In this document: in pieces, positions 52,128-63,300 of the stretch
Layout of the letters: each line of letters opens with the position of its first letter
How positions within the stretch are numbered: the first letter of the stretch is position 1
Source: Azolla caroliniana
Taxonomy: Eukaryota; Plantae; Polypodiophyta
Assembly: GCA_043228905.1 (NCBI GenBank)
Contig: JBHGNT010000021.1
Location: 3,720,001-3,784,000, forward strand
Direction of reading: 5' to 3'
DNA: 64,000 nucleotides
Position numbers and translations under genes: made by a program
The notes under the pieces: generated by a model
What the model saw: only the letters and a program-made list of their open reading frames with translations
Databases searched by the model: none
What the model was told of the DNA's origin: nothing

Positions 52128-55100
52128 TACATTGTAATACGTAGAATATTATTTTCATTTATGTTTTATTATAGAAAATTGATGTATATTCCAAATTTCT
52201 CTGGAACATTCTAGAAACTTCAGGAGTATTCCTTAGAACACTATAAAAGGAGGCACAAGGCATTATTTCGAACCAAATCGGTTCAACGCCAGTCTTAAGC
52301 CTCCTAGCTACTGTACATTTTCCTCACTTAATATATATCTTTTCTTATCATCACTCACTCACTCACTCTCTCTCTCTCGATCTCTCTCTCCCTCCCTCTC
52401 ACTCACTCTTTCCTTCTCTCGAGAGTCCTTCACCTCTCTTAGTACTAATACTTCTTTTAATACTAATTCCTTCTCTGTCTTAGTACTGTTCCTGACAGCC
52501 GCCACCGTCCTTCTCCCTCGGTCTTACGTTGCCACGTTGGCCGAACAGCCGGGGTCTCCGGATCGGTGTGAGGGTCCCATAGGACCGGACTCCGTTTCTA
52601 TGCTTGCCGAAAGTCGGGTGCCTTTTGTTTGAGTCCCTCCCGGACTCTCCTCGTGTCTCCCGCGTAGTCGGGTCCCGTTTCCCGCCGCCACCAACCTTCT
52701 CTCTCGTTTTCATGTTGCCACATTGGCTGAACCGCCAGAGTCTCTAGTTAAGTGTGGGGATCTCGTAGGACCGGACTTCCTTACGCCCATAGCCTTCGTC
52801 ACCTTGCCGCCACCATCAGTATCTTGGTCTTACGTCGACCGCGTTGCCGACTGCCGATGTCTCTAGAACCGGTGTGAAGGATCCTCCGTAGGCTTCCGAT
52901 CCGTCTTTTTCGACCTTGTCCCGGGTCGTCCTTTTCCGCATGCCGAGAGGGCGGTTTACTCCGCACCCTCTCTCGTGGTACCGACGTACCGTCTCCTCGG
53001 CCTCTTCGTAGGCCTTGCTCTCTTCCTCCCTCCCGGAATGGTCATCCGGGAGTCCGTTCCGCCCGGTTCTCGTTCGGGTCCATTCGTCCTTCTCCGGATT
53101 GCCGAGTCCCATTCTCCTGTCGCCACCGATCTCTCTTATAGGACTCACGCTGGCCCTCGGGTCTGCAGCCGGATCAGTGTAAGGAATCCCATTGGACCGG
53201 CTTGCATTCTCTTTCCAACTCTTGACCTTCGCCCGGTCGGTCTCTCCCCATGTAAAAGAGGGCGGCTCGTCCCGCACCCTCTCTCGTATCGGCACCTTTA
53301 TGCCAAGTCCGGCCCCGATCGAACAATCCACGACCAGATTCTGCTCCATCCGCATCGGAATGCCGATCTCCTCGTGCCTTGTCCGTCCTCGGCCTCCTCA
53401 AAGGCTGTTTCCCATCCGTCTTCGCTGGCATCGTGCCAGGACTCCTCGGTACCGTCATCCATCTCCTCGGTCTTACATGGGCATACGGGCCCGAATGCCG
53501 ACTTCTCCGGAATCGGGTCCGTGGGCTTTCGTCCGCTCCTTCCCCGTATCGTCTCGCCGGTGATTCTTGGCCTTTCGCCGCCGCCTTCCTCCGCTTGGGA
53601 CTCACGTGGGCACTCGGGCCCGACTGCCATCGTCTCGGGAGCAAGTGTGGGAAGACACAAAGAATCGCACGTCCGTTTTACGCCCTTGTCCGTAGCCACC
53701 GACTCTTCGTGGTCGGCGGTCGTCTTCTTACCGATCGCACAAGCCCCGTCTGGGCTTGCTTCCCCAATGACCGGGATCTCGGGCTGACACGGCCGAAACC
53801 GTTGGTCCCTACGTTCCGATTCCGCGATCGGTATCTCGGCCTCGTCCTTGGCCGTTCTATCTCTGCAAGTCGAGAGGGTGTTTCGTTCCGCACCCTCTCC
53901 CGTGGTACCGTCGTACCGATCTTCCGCCGTCGCGTGGGGCAAGTCCGTCTCCTCAGTCTCGGCTTGCGGCCTCCGTCTTTCCTCCTCGAGCATCGCCTCG
54001 AGAGTTGCGTACGCCTCCGCAATCCTGGCCCCAACGCCGACCCTTGCCGACTCTATCTGTCGTTCGGCCTCTTCCCGCTGTGATGGCATGCCGTCGCGTC
54101 CCTTCCTCTTAGCCTTCTCGGCTCCCTCGTTGTCTAGCCGTTGGCACACCCTTCCGACCTTCGACCAGTCCTCCGTAAGCCCATTCGCTCCGTCATCATC
54201 TTCGAGCTCAATCCCGATGGCCTCCCGTTCCGCTCGGTCGATCGACCTGATGAACAATAGGACCTTGTTCGCCCCCACCAAACCTTGTTCCCGCTCTGGG
54301 AGCCGAGCAAGCCGTCGCTCGAACTCTCGGAACGCCTTCGTCGCGCCCCGGTGGGTCTTTGCCGATGCTACCCACTGGTCGAAGTCGTGCTGTCCCCGAC
54401 TCTTCCGCCGTCCTCCGTATGCCTTCAGGAGCGCCTCTTCGAAGGCCTCCCACGAACTATGAGCCTCACGGAGCTCCTTTACTTCCACATGCATCTGGAC
54501 AGCTACGACCCGGCAGAAGAACTCCAGCCTTAACGCCTCGTCTACGCCACGCTCCTCCATTTACATGTTGTAGGCTTCCAAGTAAGATGGGACTTTGTCC
54601 CCGTTGAAACGACCGACTCTTTCGACCACTCACTCAACCGCTTGTTGCGCTGCTTCTCGCCTCATCACCACTCGTGCCGACTCCAACACCACTTCGGCCA
54701 CCATCTCCGCAAGGTCGTCGTCTTCCGACTCCATCCTCCCTTGCCGCCTTTCACATCGGGTTCACCAAATATGTCGCGTTGTTACGCGCGTGCGTGGAGA
54801 AAGGCGGGACCACGGGGGTCTTGGACTAGGGAGCGAGGGAGCGTAGGAAGTCGCACTTCACCGTTTCCGGGGCATCCCAGAAGCACACCGGAAGCAACCG
54901 AAGGGAGAGAGAGAAAGAGAGGGAGCGCGCGCTTGACACCGACTCACGCGCACGCACACACACACATGCACACACACATAGCTCACGCCCTCATGTACAG
55001 GAAACGCAAGAAAGGGGAAGCACCCGACACCAACAAAGACGCCAATATACACAGACAGACGCAAACGTATATATATATATATAGAAGAAGAATACATTCC

Positions 55101-56505
55101 CGGCTTCGAGCCGGACTGAGGTAGGTGACAGTAGTTGTCTACTACCAAGCCGCCGTCGGGGAGCTCTCAGCTCGTCACGCCGAGCGGGGTCTTGCACAGG
55201 AGGCCGAACCAAAGCAAACCCTAAGCAAAACACGAAGGGGGAGAAGAAGGAGAAGAAGAAACCTAACTCTAAACCTAACGGTATACCCTCTAATGCAAAA
55301 TGGGCAACCCTTTCACAAAGGGCGTTCCCTTCCTTTTATAGAACAAGGAGAGGGATGCGTTACAATGTGGGATAAATCCCGACTTACATGGGATCGTTTG
55401 TCCCGACTTGACTACTCTTCGGCGCCATAAAGTCGCCCTCGTTATTCACACTAAATGTACATGGGTGCATACACACGTTGCACCCCGCCGATGTAGCCAA
55501 TGTTTCCCGGTTTCCGCCCCTGGCCGAATTCTTCACGACACCGTGACCGACGACCTCCGGCCTGAAACAGGTGCATGTGGTGTGACGCGGTTGGCCACAT
55601 CCGGAAGGACTGCGGGGACTTTGCCGAGGCGATAAGAAGCAACGTGGTGTACCTGTGGAATGGTCGGGTGCACGCTAGCGAGACCCGAAGGGCCCTGGAC
55701 CTAAATGTCGGGCCGGGAGGTATGAAAAGGCTGATGGAGGAGGCGGCGGCTCGTCACGCAGAGACTGTCCACTACTCGGCGTCAGTTGGTATTCGGGTTG
55801 GAGGTGGCGAGGCCCCGAAGAAGAACAAACCCGGGTTCTGGGCAACGATGCTAGAAGGCCTAAGGAAGGAAGAGGCGGACCGCGCGGAAAAACGGGTCCG
55901 GGAGGTGACCCGGTGGAAGAAAAGACGGGCTTCGTCGAGGCCGGTTGTCAAAACTATGAGGCGCTGGTGGAGGACAAGCGGATAGGGAAAACTGGAGGGG
56001 CCGGCCCCTCGCAACGATATGAAACTCGATCCGGGCAAAGGCGGAATGAGGTCGATGTAACCGGCGCCCAGGATAATCCCAAGAGGGGCAGGTACCGGCT
56101 GGGCACAGAAATCAAAAGATCCACGGACCTACGAAAGGTCCTGGAAGAACGAATCCTCGATAGCAAGGTGGAACTGTCCCTGAGGGAAGTGCTCGGGATA
56201 GCGAAGAAAGAGTTCCACGACTCCATCATAGACTTGGTGAAGAGGAAGAGGCTGTCGACGGAGATAGAACCGGAGAAGCCGGTGGAGGTGCGGACGACGC
56301 ACATAGAGGACATGGTGCTGGAAGACGAGTTGGCGGAAAGCCACTATTCGAGGCCGCACTGGGCCAGAGCGACCATGGAGACCCCCGTCAAGATCGGAGA
56401 TGTTCATGAACCGGTGGTGGTGTTGGTGGACCACGGTTCAGAAATCAATTTGATGTCCATGGACTTCTATAAGAAGGGGAAATGGCCGATCAACACCAAG
56501 CATGG

Positions 56506-58592
56506 TGTCGTGAAGAAAACCGTCCCTTGGCACAATCAATGCATAGCAGGCGTGAACCGGCTCTTCACGTGTGCGTGCCCTTAATGTATATAATAGGGAA
56601 TTAAGTACGAAAGCATATCCGGGTAGTTAGATTCGGTAGGTAGGAAGTAAATGAGGGAGACGGCTCTCTTCTGGACGATATAAAGGAGAGGGAGACGCAG
56701 GGAGAGGGGATCGCGCATTGAGGAGGACGAAGTGATGTCGGACCGGAACCGAACGCTTCTCCTCTGTCTGTTTTCTGTTGCTCTTCTTTGGAGGTTTCGG
56801 GAGGCTCGCGCTGCTTTGAGGAACGCCCGTGTGCTTCCGGCAGCACCTCCATCCTATCCCCTTTTCGTGCGCAGACGAACAGGCATCGGCATCTGTTCGC
56901 CGGCCTGTTCGATTGTAACCGCTCGCGTGTTCTTCTGTGTACTTGTTATTCATTAATATACAAACACTTGTGTCTCCCTGTCTCTGTGTCCATTCGCGTT
57001 TTCTGTGTCGACGGGCCACGCCCCTGTGTTTCTTTGCTCATACGTGACCGGGCGTCTCTCTCCTTCTCTTTTCCCCTTCTATCATCTGCTCTTCGGTTCA
57101 AGACCCCGGTGGTCCCGCCTCGTTTCCTCACGCACGCGCGTAGTAATGTGACATCTTTGGTGAACCCGACGTGAATAGGCGGCAGAGGAGCAGAAGATGA
57201 GGGGGAACCCTACATTTCGGTAGCGTAAATGGAGACCAAGGTGCTGGACAACGGGTCAGCTTACGCGAGGGTCAAAAGTCAGGACGAGCGTCATTCGGTC
57301 CAGTTCCTGACAGTGCGACCGAACCACGAGTCCCTCGGTGGCGAGAACCGATAGGATTTTTAGAGAGGGCTGCCAAGGCGTGGGGCCGCGACAGTCCGGA
57401 CACTCCGGGAAAACCCCACAAATGTACAATAGAAGCGAAACCGAAGAAACCTTGTACCATAAGTAGGAAGTTTTGTTTCTCCGACAACGGAGGGTGTACG
57501 ATAGTCGGCGTCGTAGGCCGAGAAAAGACAAGGGCGGAAGAGCGACTTCGGGCGTGCGGAGTTCTCGGGCCCAACAAGGAAATCAACGGAGCTGTGGAGG
57601 CGGTCTCCTTCGACGATACCTTGGGAATACTGCGAGAGGTGGTCGGAGAGGGCCTTAAAGAGGACCGGACGATACCGGTTTGTTCAGAAGAGATGTATGA
57701 AGTCATCGCGGACTTCAGCCGAGGGCTCGAGTCGGATAGGACGGGCCGGGTTAACACGAAGTACAAGACTGTGGACCGGAAGGTAAGGCCAGTCGCGGCA
57801 CCCTTACCGGAGGGCAGCGAGTTACGAATCAAGGGAGTCGCGTCGGACCCCAGTTTACGAGATCCGGCCTGCATAGGGCACGCCTTCACCGACAGAACGC
57901 TACGGGAGCTCAAAATCGGTGGGGGCGGGTTCGTACTACCGGCGGAAGAAGACCGGTTTAGGAGTATGCTCGGAAGGCACGAGAAAGCCTTCGCATTCTC
58001 GCCGGGAGAGATCGGGTGCGTAGACTGTAACAAGAAACGTGCGGAAGCAGGTATGAAGACAGAACAGAGGAAGGAAACACCGGTTTAATGGAGAGCTTGG
58101 GCTTACACGGTATTCGCAGGAGAGACAGAGAGAGAAACACAAAAAACTATATTTCACAATAATACTCAATCTCTGTACATAAGACGTGCTCAGTGAGCAC
58201 TTTTATGCAAGTCCTAAAAGGACTGACTGAAGTACTGTTAGTACTTCAATGCTCATCAAGAGCCCCTACACTAACTCCCAAATATCTTTCTTAACGACCT
58301 CCCGGTTTACGCACTCGACCTAACCGATCGGTCCCAACCGATCCGGTCCTCGGCTTCTTCAACCGATCCGGCCGATGTTGAGCTTGTCTCTCAACATAGA
58401 CCCGGCAGTCGTGAAGCCGATGGTGATATTTACGGTAACGCATGTGCCGTGGAATCTCAAACCAATTTCGGTACCGAGAGCTCACATCCCGGAGCTGATG
58501 GAGCTATTGAGGTAGAAAGTTGATATGGGCATCCTCGAACCGTCGAGTGCCCCGTACTCGAACCGGTGGTTTACCGTACCAAAGAAGAACGG
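56506..58592 (+). mobile_element. Gypsy element D: LTR 56506-57153, tRNA-Trp PBS 57158-57176, gag/protease deleted, pre-RT and RT start; interrupted by H and E
   Basis: TGTCGTGAAG...GTGACA; TGGTGAACCCGACGTGAAT; KYKTVDRKVRPV; ILEPSSAPYSNRWFTVPKKNG. Confidence 0.87.
58026..58396 (-). mobile_element. Solo LTR H (371 bp, unrelated family), TSD TAGAC
   Basis: TG...CA ends; TAGAC at 58021-58025 and 58397-58401; removal restores IGCVDPAVV; strand is a guess. Confidence 0.85.
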
Positions 58593-60323
58593 TGTCGTGA
58601 AGAAAACCGTCCACGAGTGGAATCAGTGCGCCGGAGCATAGGAACCGGCTCTTCATGCACGTACGCCTTGTGTTGTACATAAGAGAGAATTAGGGACATG
58701 GAAGATCCTAGGTAGGTAGATTCGGTAGGTAGGAAGTTAATAGGAAACGGCTCCCTTCTTGCCTATAAAAGGAGGGAGACGAGGAGGAGGAAGGGGATCA
58801 CGAATCAGAGAGGACGAAGTGCTGTCGGGTTGTCGGCCAAAGGCTTCTCTCTCTTCCAAACTCCATAGCTTCTTTCTGTGCAGGTTTCGGGAGGCTCGCG
58901 CTGCTTTGAGGAATGCCCGAGTGCTTCCGGCAGCACCTCCAACCTGCTCCTTTCTTTCTGTGCGTTTACGAACAGGCATCGACATCTATTCATCGGCCTG
59001 TTCGGTTGTAACCGACTTCGTGTTTTTGTTGTTTGTCTCTGTTGATATATACTTACATACCGTTGTGCCTCTCTGTGTTGTTTTCCACGCTCGCGTCTAG
59101 TGTCGAAGGGCCGTGTCCCTGTGGATCTACGCCTGCACGTAGTGGGTTCCTTCCCTTCTCCTTTCCCTATTTGCTCTTCGGTACAAGACCCCCGAGGTCC
59201 CGCCTCATTCCACGCATCCGCGAGGAGTACCTCGACATCTTGGTGAACCCGACGTGAAGGAGGCGGCAGAAGAGCAGAAGATGAAAGGGTGGGATCTTGC
59301 GGAGGCCATGGCTTCGGCCGTGGATCGGATACTGAGCGCACGCGAGGGCTCCGACGCCCTCGACAGAGCCATTGAGGCGGTCGTCGGTACGATCGGCCGG
59401 TTCAACGGAAAGGATGCCACGAAGTATTTGGCGTCCTACGGGGCAGAAATGCTGATGCGGGACATTCCGGAAGAGAGGCGTCTTGCCGGGTTCCCTTGAG
59501 TGGCGATGCCGAGCATCCATGCGGAGGTGCTCGAGGTGCGGGCGGAGAGCCGTACCTGGGAGGAGTTCGAAGGTTGACTCCTAGAAAAATACGGGCTGGA
59601 CGACGCGCTCTGGCTTTCGAAACGGGACTTCATGGAGTGGGTGGAGTCCCCCGGCAAGGGAAGAAACGCGTCGGCACTCCTCCGGGAGTTCGAGGAACGC
59701 TTTGCACGACTTTCGGCGCTTGACCGAACCTTTCTGGATACGAGCCGGGTCCTACTGTTCGTCAAGTCGGTGGACGAGCGGGACCGGGATCAAGTCGGCT
59801 CCTTGCTGGAAACCGAAGACGGGCTGACGACCGTCTGGACGACGGTTAAGAGAGTATGTGGACGTTTCGACAAACGGCGAGAATGGGCTGACAGCGGGGC
59901 GACCGGAGCGGGCTCTGTCACAGCAAGGAAGCTTGAACCAACACCACAAGGGCAAAGGGAAGAGACCCGGGAGTGGCTCGAAACCGGTTCGGCTTCGACT
60001 GGCATGGTCAATGGCTCATCCGGAGGAGCAACGCTGGAGGAGTTGACGCGGGCGATAAAGGATCTCCAGATCGCCCAGACTCGAAGGGAAGGCGGCGAAC
60101 CGGCTCGTGACCGTCGGCAGGCAGCAGGGAACAGGTGCATGTGGTGCGACGAGGTCGGCCACATCCGGAAGGACTGTGGCGATTTCGCAGAAGCGTTCAG
60201 GAACCGGGTGGTGTACCTGTGGGAAGGCCGGGTGCACGCCGGCGACACCAGAAGGGCCCTAAACTGGAACGACGGGCGAGGAGGAATGAAGAGATTGATG
60301 GAAGAGGCAGCGGCCCGACACGT
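58593..60323 (+). mobile_element. Gypsy element E: LTR 58593-59237, tRNA-Trp PBS 59241-59258, gag from 59281 with stops; interrupted by F
   Basis: Gag highly similar to element A (MKGWDLAEAMASAVDRI..GRFNGKDAT..CMWCDEVGHIRKDC). Confidence 0.9.
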
Positions 60324-63300
60324 TGTCGTGAAGATCCGTCACTACGCGTGGATCGTGAGGCGGAACCGCCGGGGTTCTGGACCAGAAGGATTTAGAGTCG
60401 ATACAAGCTTTGGCAAGAAAGTACTTAAGATAGATTGGGAAAGAGAGAAGATGAGATTACACGATTGATTTCAAAACGAATTTCTTCCTCTTAATTTTCA
60501 TAAAAAAAACCGTGTTTTTCTCCTCCCCCTTCCCTCTTTTATAGATGCTCTCATGCATATGATGCATGTGAGGGTACAAGACATGCATAAATTGCATGTT
60601 TGCCATTGGCGCTTAAGTATTACATGTGGTGCATGCTAACCATGTCACTCATTTTAGCACTCATGGATGAGAATTTACATGTAAAAGTACAATGATAGAA
60701 ATATAATTTCAACTAAATACCATGGCTTAATGGTAAGTAATTTGACTCCTAACTTGGAGGTGCAAGGTTTGAATCCATACTTGTCCTCCTCCTTGTATAT
60801 GTAAATATGAATATATTTTTATATTTTTATTTTATCTAGTCGCCGGTTCGCCGGATGTCGACGCCGGATACCGGTGCCGCCGCCGGATGCCGCCGGCGGA
60901 TGTCGGATGCCGACGCCGGATGCCGTCGGATCACCGGCTCCATCGCCGGTCCGGTTTTGGTTGGCCAAAACCCTTTTCGAGTAGCTAGCCACCTCCACTC
61001 TAAGTTCAAGTTACCTTGAACTCTCTATGCTCCACACATAGACACAAAGATAATATCTTTTGCTCCACCTTATATATGATGAGAGCCGTATTTGTCGTGC
61101 CTATGTGGGATATCTCACAATTTTCTCTTTTCTTTTCACAAACTTTATACCCTCATATCTTGACATTTAGTTGTCCATTTCTCGTGTAATAAAGTGCATT
61201 CGAAACCTCCATCATTTTGTACTTAGATATTAAAAATGTTATCTTCACAATTATTGTATTACGTGATTCATACTCGATTTTGTACGTTTTATGGGATTTT
61301 CACACTATTGCCGAAAATCTTCACGACATCCACCCCCACCAAACCGCACGTCCTCCGGTACGTGCCAAGAAGAGAAGAAGTGAGATTTCGGCTACGATGA
61401 TCAATTAGATTCCTCCATGTCTTCATTTTCATCCGGCCTATTATGTTCATCGTCGAGGTAATAGAGGTCAGGATCCTTGTCTTGTCTTTTCTTGAAAAGC
61501 TTTACTCTTTTTCCCGCAATGGGTACGGCCAACCTTGATCCGTCTAGTTCCGCAAGGTGGTATGTGGCATTCTCGTTGGCACTTGTCACCACATATGGCC
61601 CGAACCATCTTCTTGCGAACTTCCTTGTTGTACTATGTTGATTGTCAAGGGTGCTGTCGTAAACCAAAACCCAATCCCCTTCTTCAATCTTCTTGGGACG
61701 AAGTCGATGCGTGTTGTCGAACCGAACTTTGTTCTTTACTCGGGCTGCCTTCATCATCTTTCGCGCTTTTTCTAAATCTTCAGGTCTTCTTTCAAGTTGC
61801 CTTATCCGCGCCGCTAATAACTCTTCTCGGCTCATCTCGTTCCCCCACGGTATCGCTACCCATGAGGCGATCGTCCTTTCGATGGGCATAATCGGCTTTT
61901 GTCCATATATAAGCTCCGTCGGCATATACCTTGTCACCGAGCTATGTGTCGTTCTATCGGCCCACAAGGCATAGGGTAATAGTCGTGGCCAATTCCCGAC
62001 TCGACCGTCGGCATATACCCTGTCACCGAGCTATGTGTCGTTCTATCGGCCCACAAGGCATATGCCCGTACGATGGCTTTAACGATAGGTCCATGCCCTC
62101 GCTCGATCTTCCCATTTGCTTCCGGATTGTAGGCAGTCGTGAGGGAGAGTGTCACGCCTAGTCTTTCGAAGAGCTCCGTCGCTTCGTGCGCGTCCAACTC
62201 CCCTCGGTCGGCCACTATCTTCCCTACACATCCATATCGGCAAACAACATCTTCAAGTAGAAATTTGCAAACGGCTGAAGTCGTCTTATTTGTCAAGGCT
62301 CGTCCTTCCACTTGATTTGTCAAGTCTTCCCTTGCCAACGCTAAGTACTTCATTTGTCCCACTCCCATTGGCATCGAGACCAGATCCACCATCCATTTGA
62401 AGTGTATGGTGAGTGGGTATGTCGGCTTTAACTCATCACGATGACGTATATTTGAATATATTTGGCAAGTTTCGCATGTGGACACGAAATGGAGTACATC
62501 TTTGTACATGCTTGGCCACCAGTACTTCTCCTTCAATTTTTCGAACGTCGCCCATGTTCCTCTATGACCTGCCCAAGCACTCTCGTGGAATTCGGTCATC
62601 AGCGTCTCTTGCTCTTCTTTCTTTACCACCACTCGACGTGGTATTCCTGTCCTTCTTTTTGGATGTCGCCAAAGGAATCCTCCCTTCAAGAAGTATCGAT
62701 AAGCTTTCTTTCGGATTCGTAGGGCCTCCTCCTTTGTCAACGAAGCATCTGTCGTCAATGTTCTTAGGAATCTACCGATGAGTAGCCACTCTCCTTCGTA
62801 CTCGTTCTCGTTGAAGGCGTGGAGGGTTTACGTGTCCTGGTCTTCCGCCGACAATCGAGCCATCTTGAAGAAGTCGAGGGCGACATCTTCATCTTCCGAA
62901 ACCATGTTACTTCCATTTGAAAATCTTGCCCTCGAGAGAATGTCAGCCATGGCGTTCTTCTTCCCTGCGATGTGACGGATCTCTGGGTTTAAAGACTTGA
63001 TGTAGGCGATCCACCTTAGCATAGCAAGATCTGGGGTCGCACATCCCGAGACCATTCCAAGAATTGGGAGACAATCTGTCTCTATTATCACTTCTGACCC
63101 GATCAGGTAATCTTTGTCCGTCTTCACTGCCGACACAATACCCCAAAGTTCCCGCTTGACTTGGGCATATCTTTGTTGCCGTTCGCTGAGAACCTTTGCT
63201 CCGAACCAGACGGCATATCGCGCATTATCTTCACCTTCTTGATTGATGACCCACCCGATTCCGGTTGGGCTCGTATCTACGGTCACCTAAATTGGTTTCC

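Larger units (their letters stand above)
46809..52497 (+). mobile_element. Chromovirus G (Ty3/Gypsy, Tcn1/Tf1-like): 5' LTR 46809-47028, 3' LTR 52058-52497, TSD GCCGC, PPT 52045-52057
   Basis: TGTCA...TGACA ends; GCCGC at 46804-46808 and 52498-52502; gag-pol with chromodomain. Confidence 0.96.
44249..55540 (-). mobile_element. Non-autonomous Gypsy element B: 3' LTR 44249-45026, 5' LTR 54772-55540, TSD CCGT, PBS 54750-54767, degenerate gag, no pol
   Basis: Paired LTRs; CCGT on both sides; removing B restores A gag (GGC CGT GAC CGA); PPT GGTGGGGGCGGA next to 45026; gag VGRFNGDKVPSYL with stops. Confidence 0.92.
42676..56505 (+). mobile_element. Gypsy element A: 5' LTR 42676-43377, tRNA-Trp PBS 43382-43399, gag 43421-44248 resuming at 55545, protease to 56505; hosts B and is interrupted by D
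   Basis: TGTCGTGAAG...CGCGACA LTR; PBS TGGTGAACCCGACGTGAA; gag GRFSGKDATSYL; zinc knuckle CMWCDAVGHIRKDC (55573-55614); protease LVDHGSEINLM. Confidence 0.9.

Noticed and set aside
52063-52350. 288-bp TGATA...TATCA segment as an independent solo LTR inserted in G's 3' LTR
   Set aside because: No 5-bp TSD, and it contains the 12-mer complementary to G's own PBS, so it is better read as G's native U3-R
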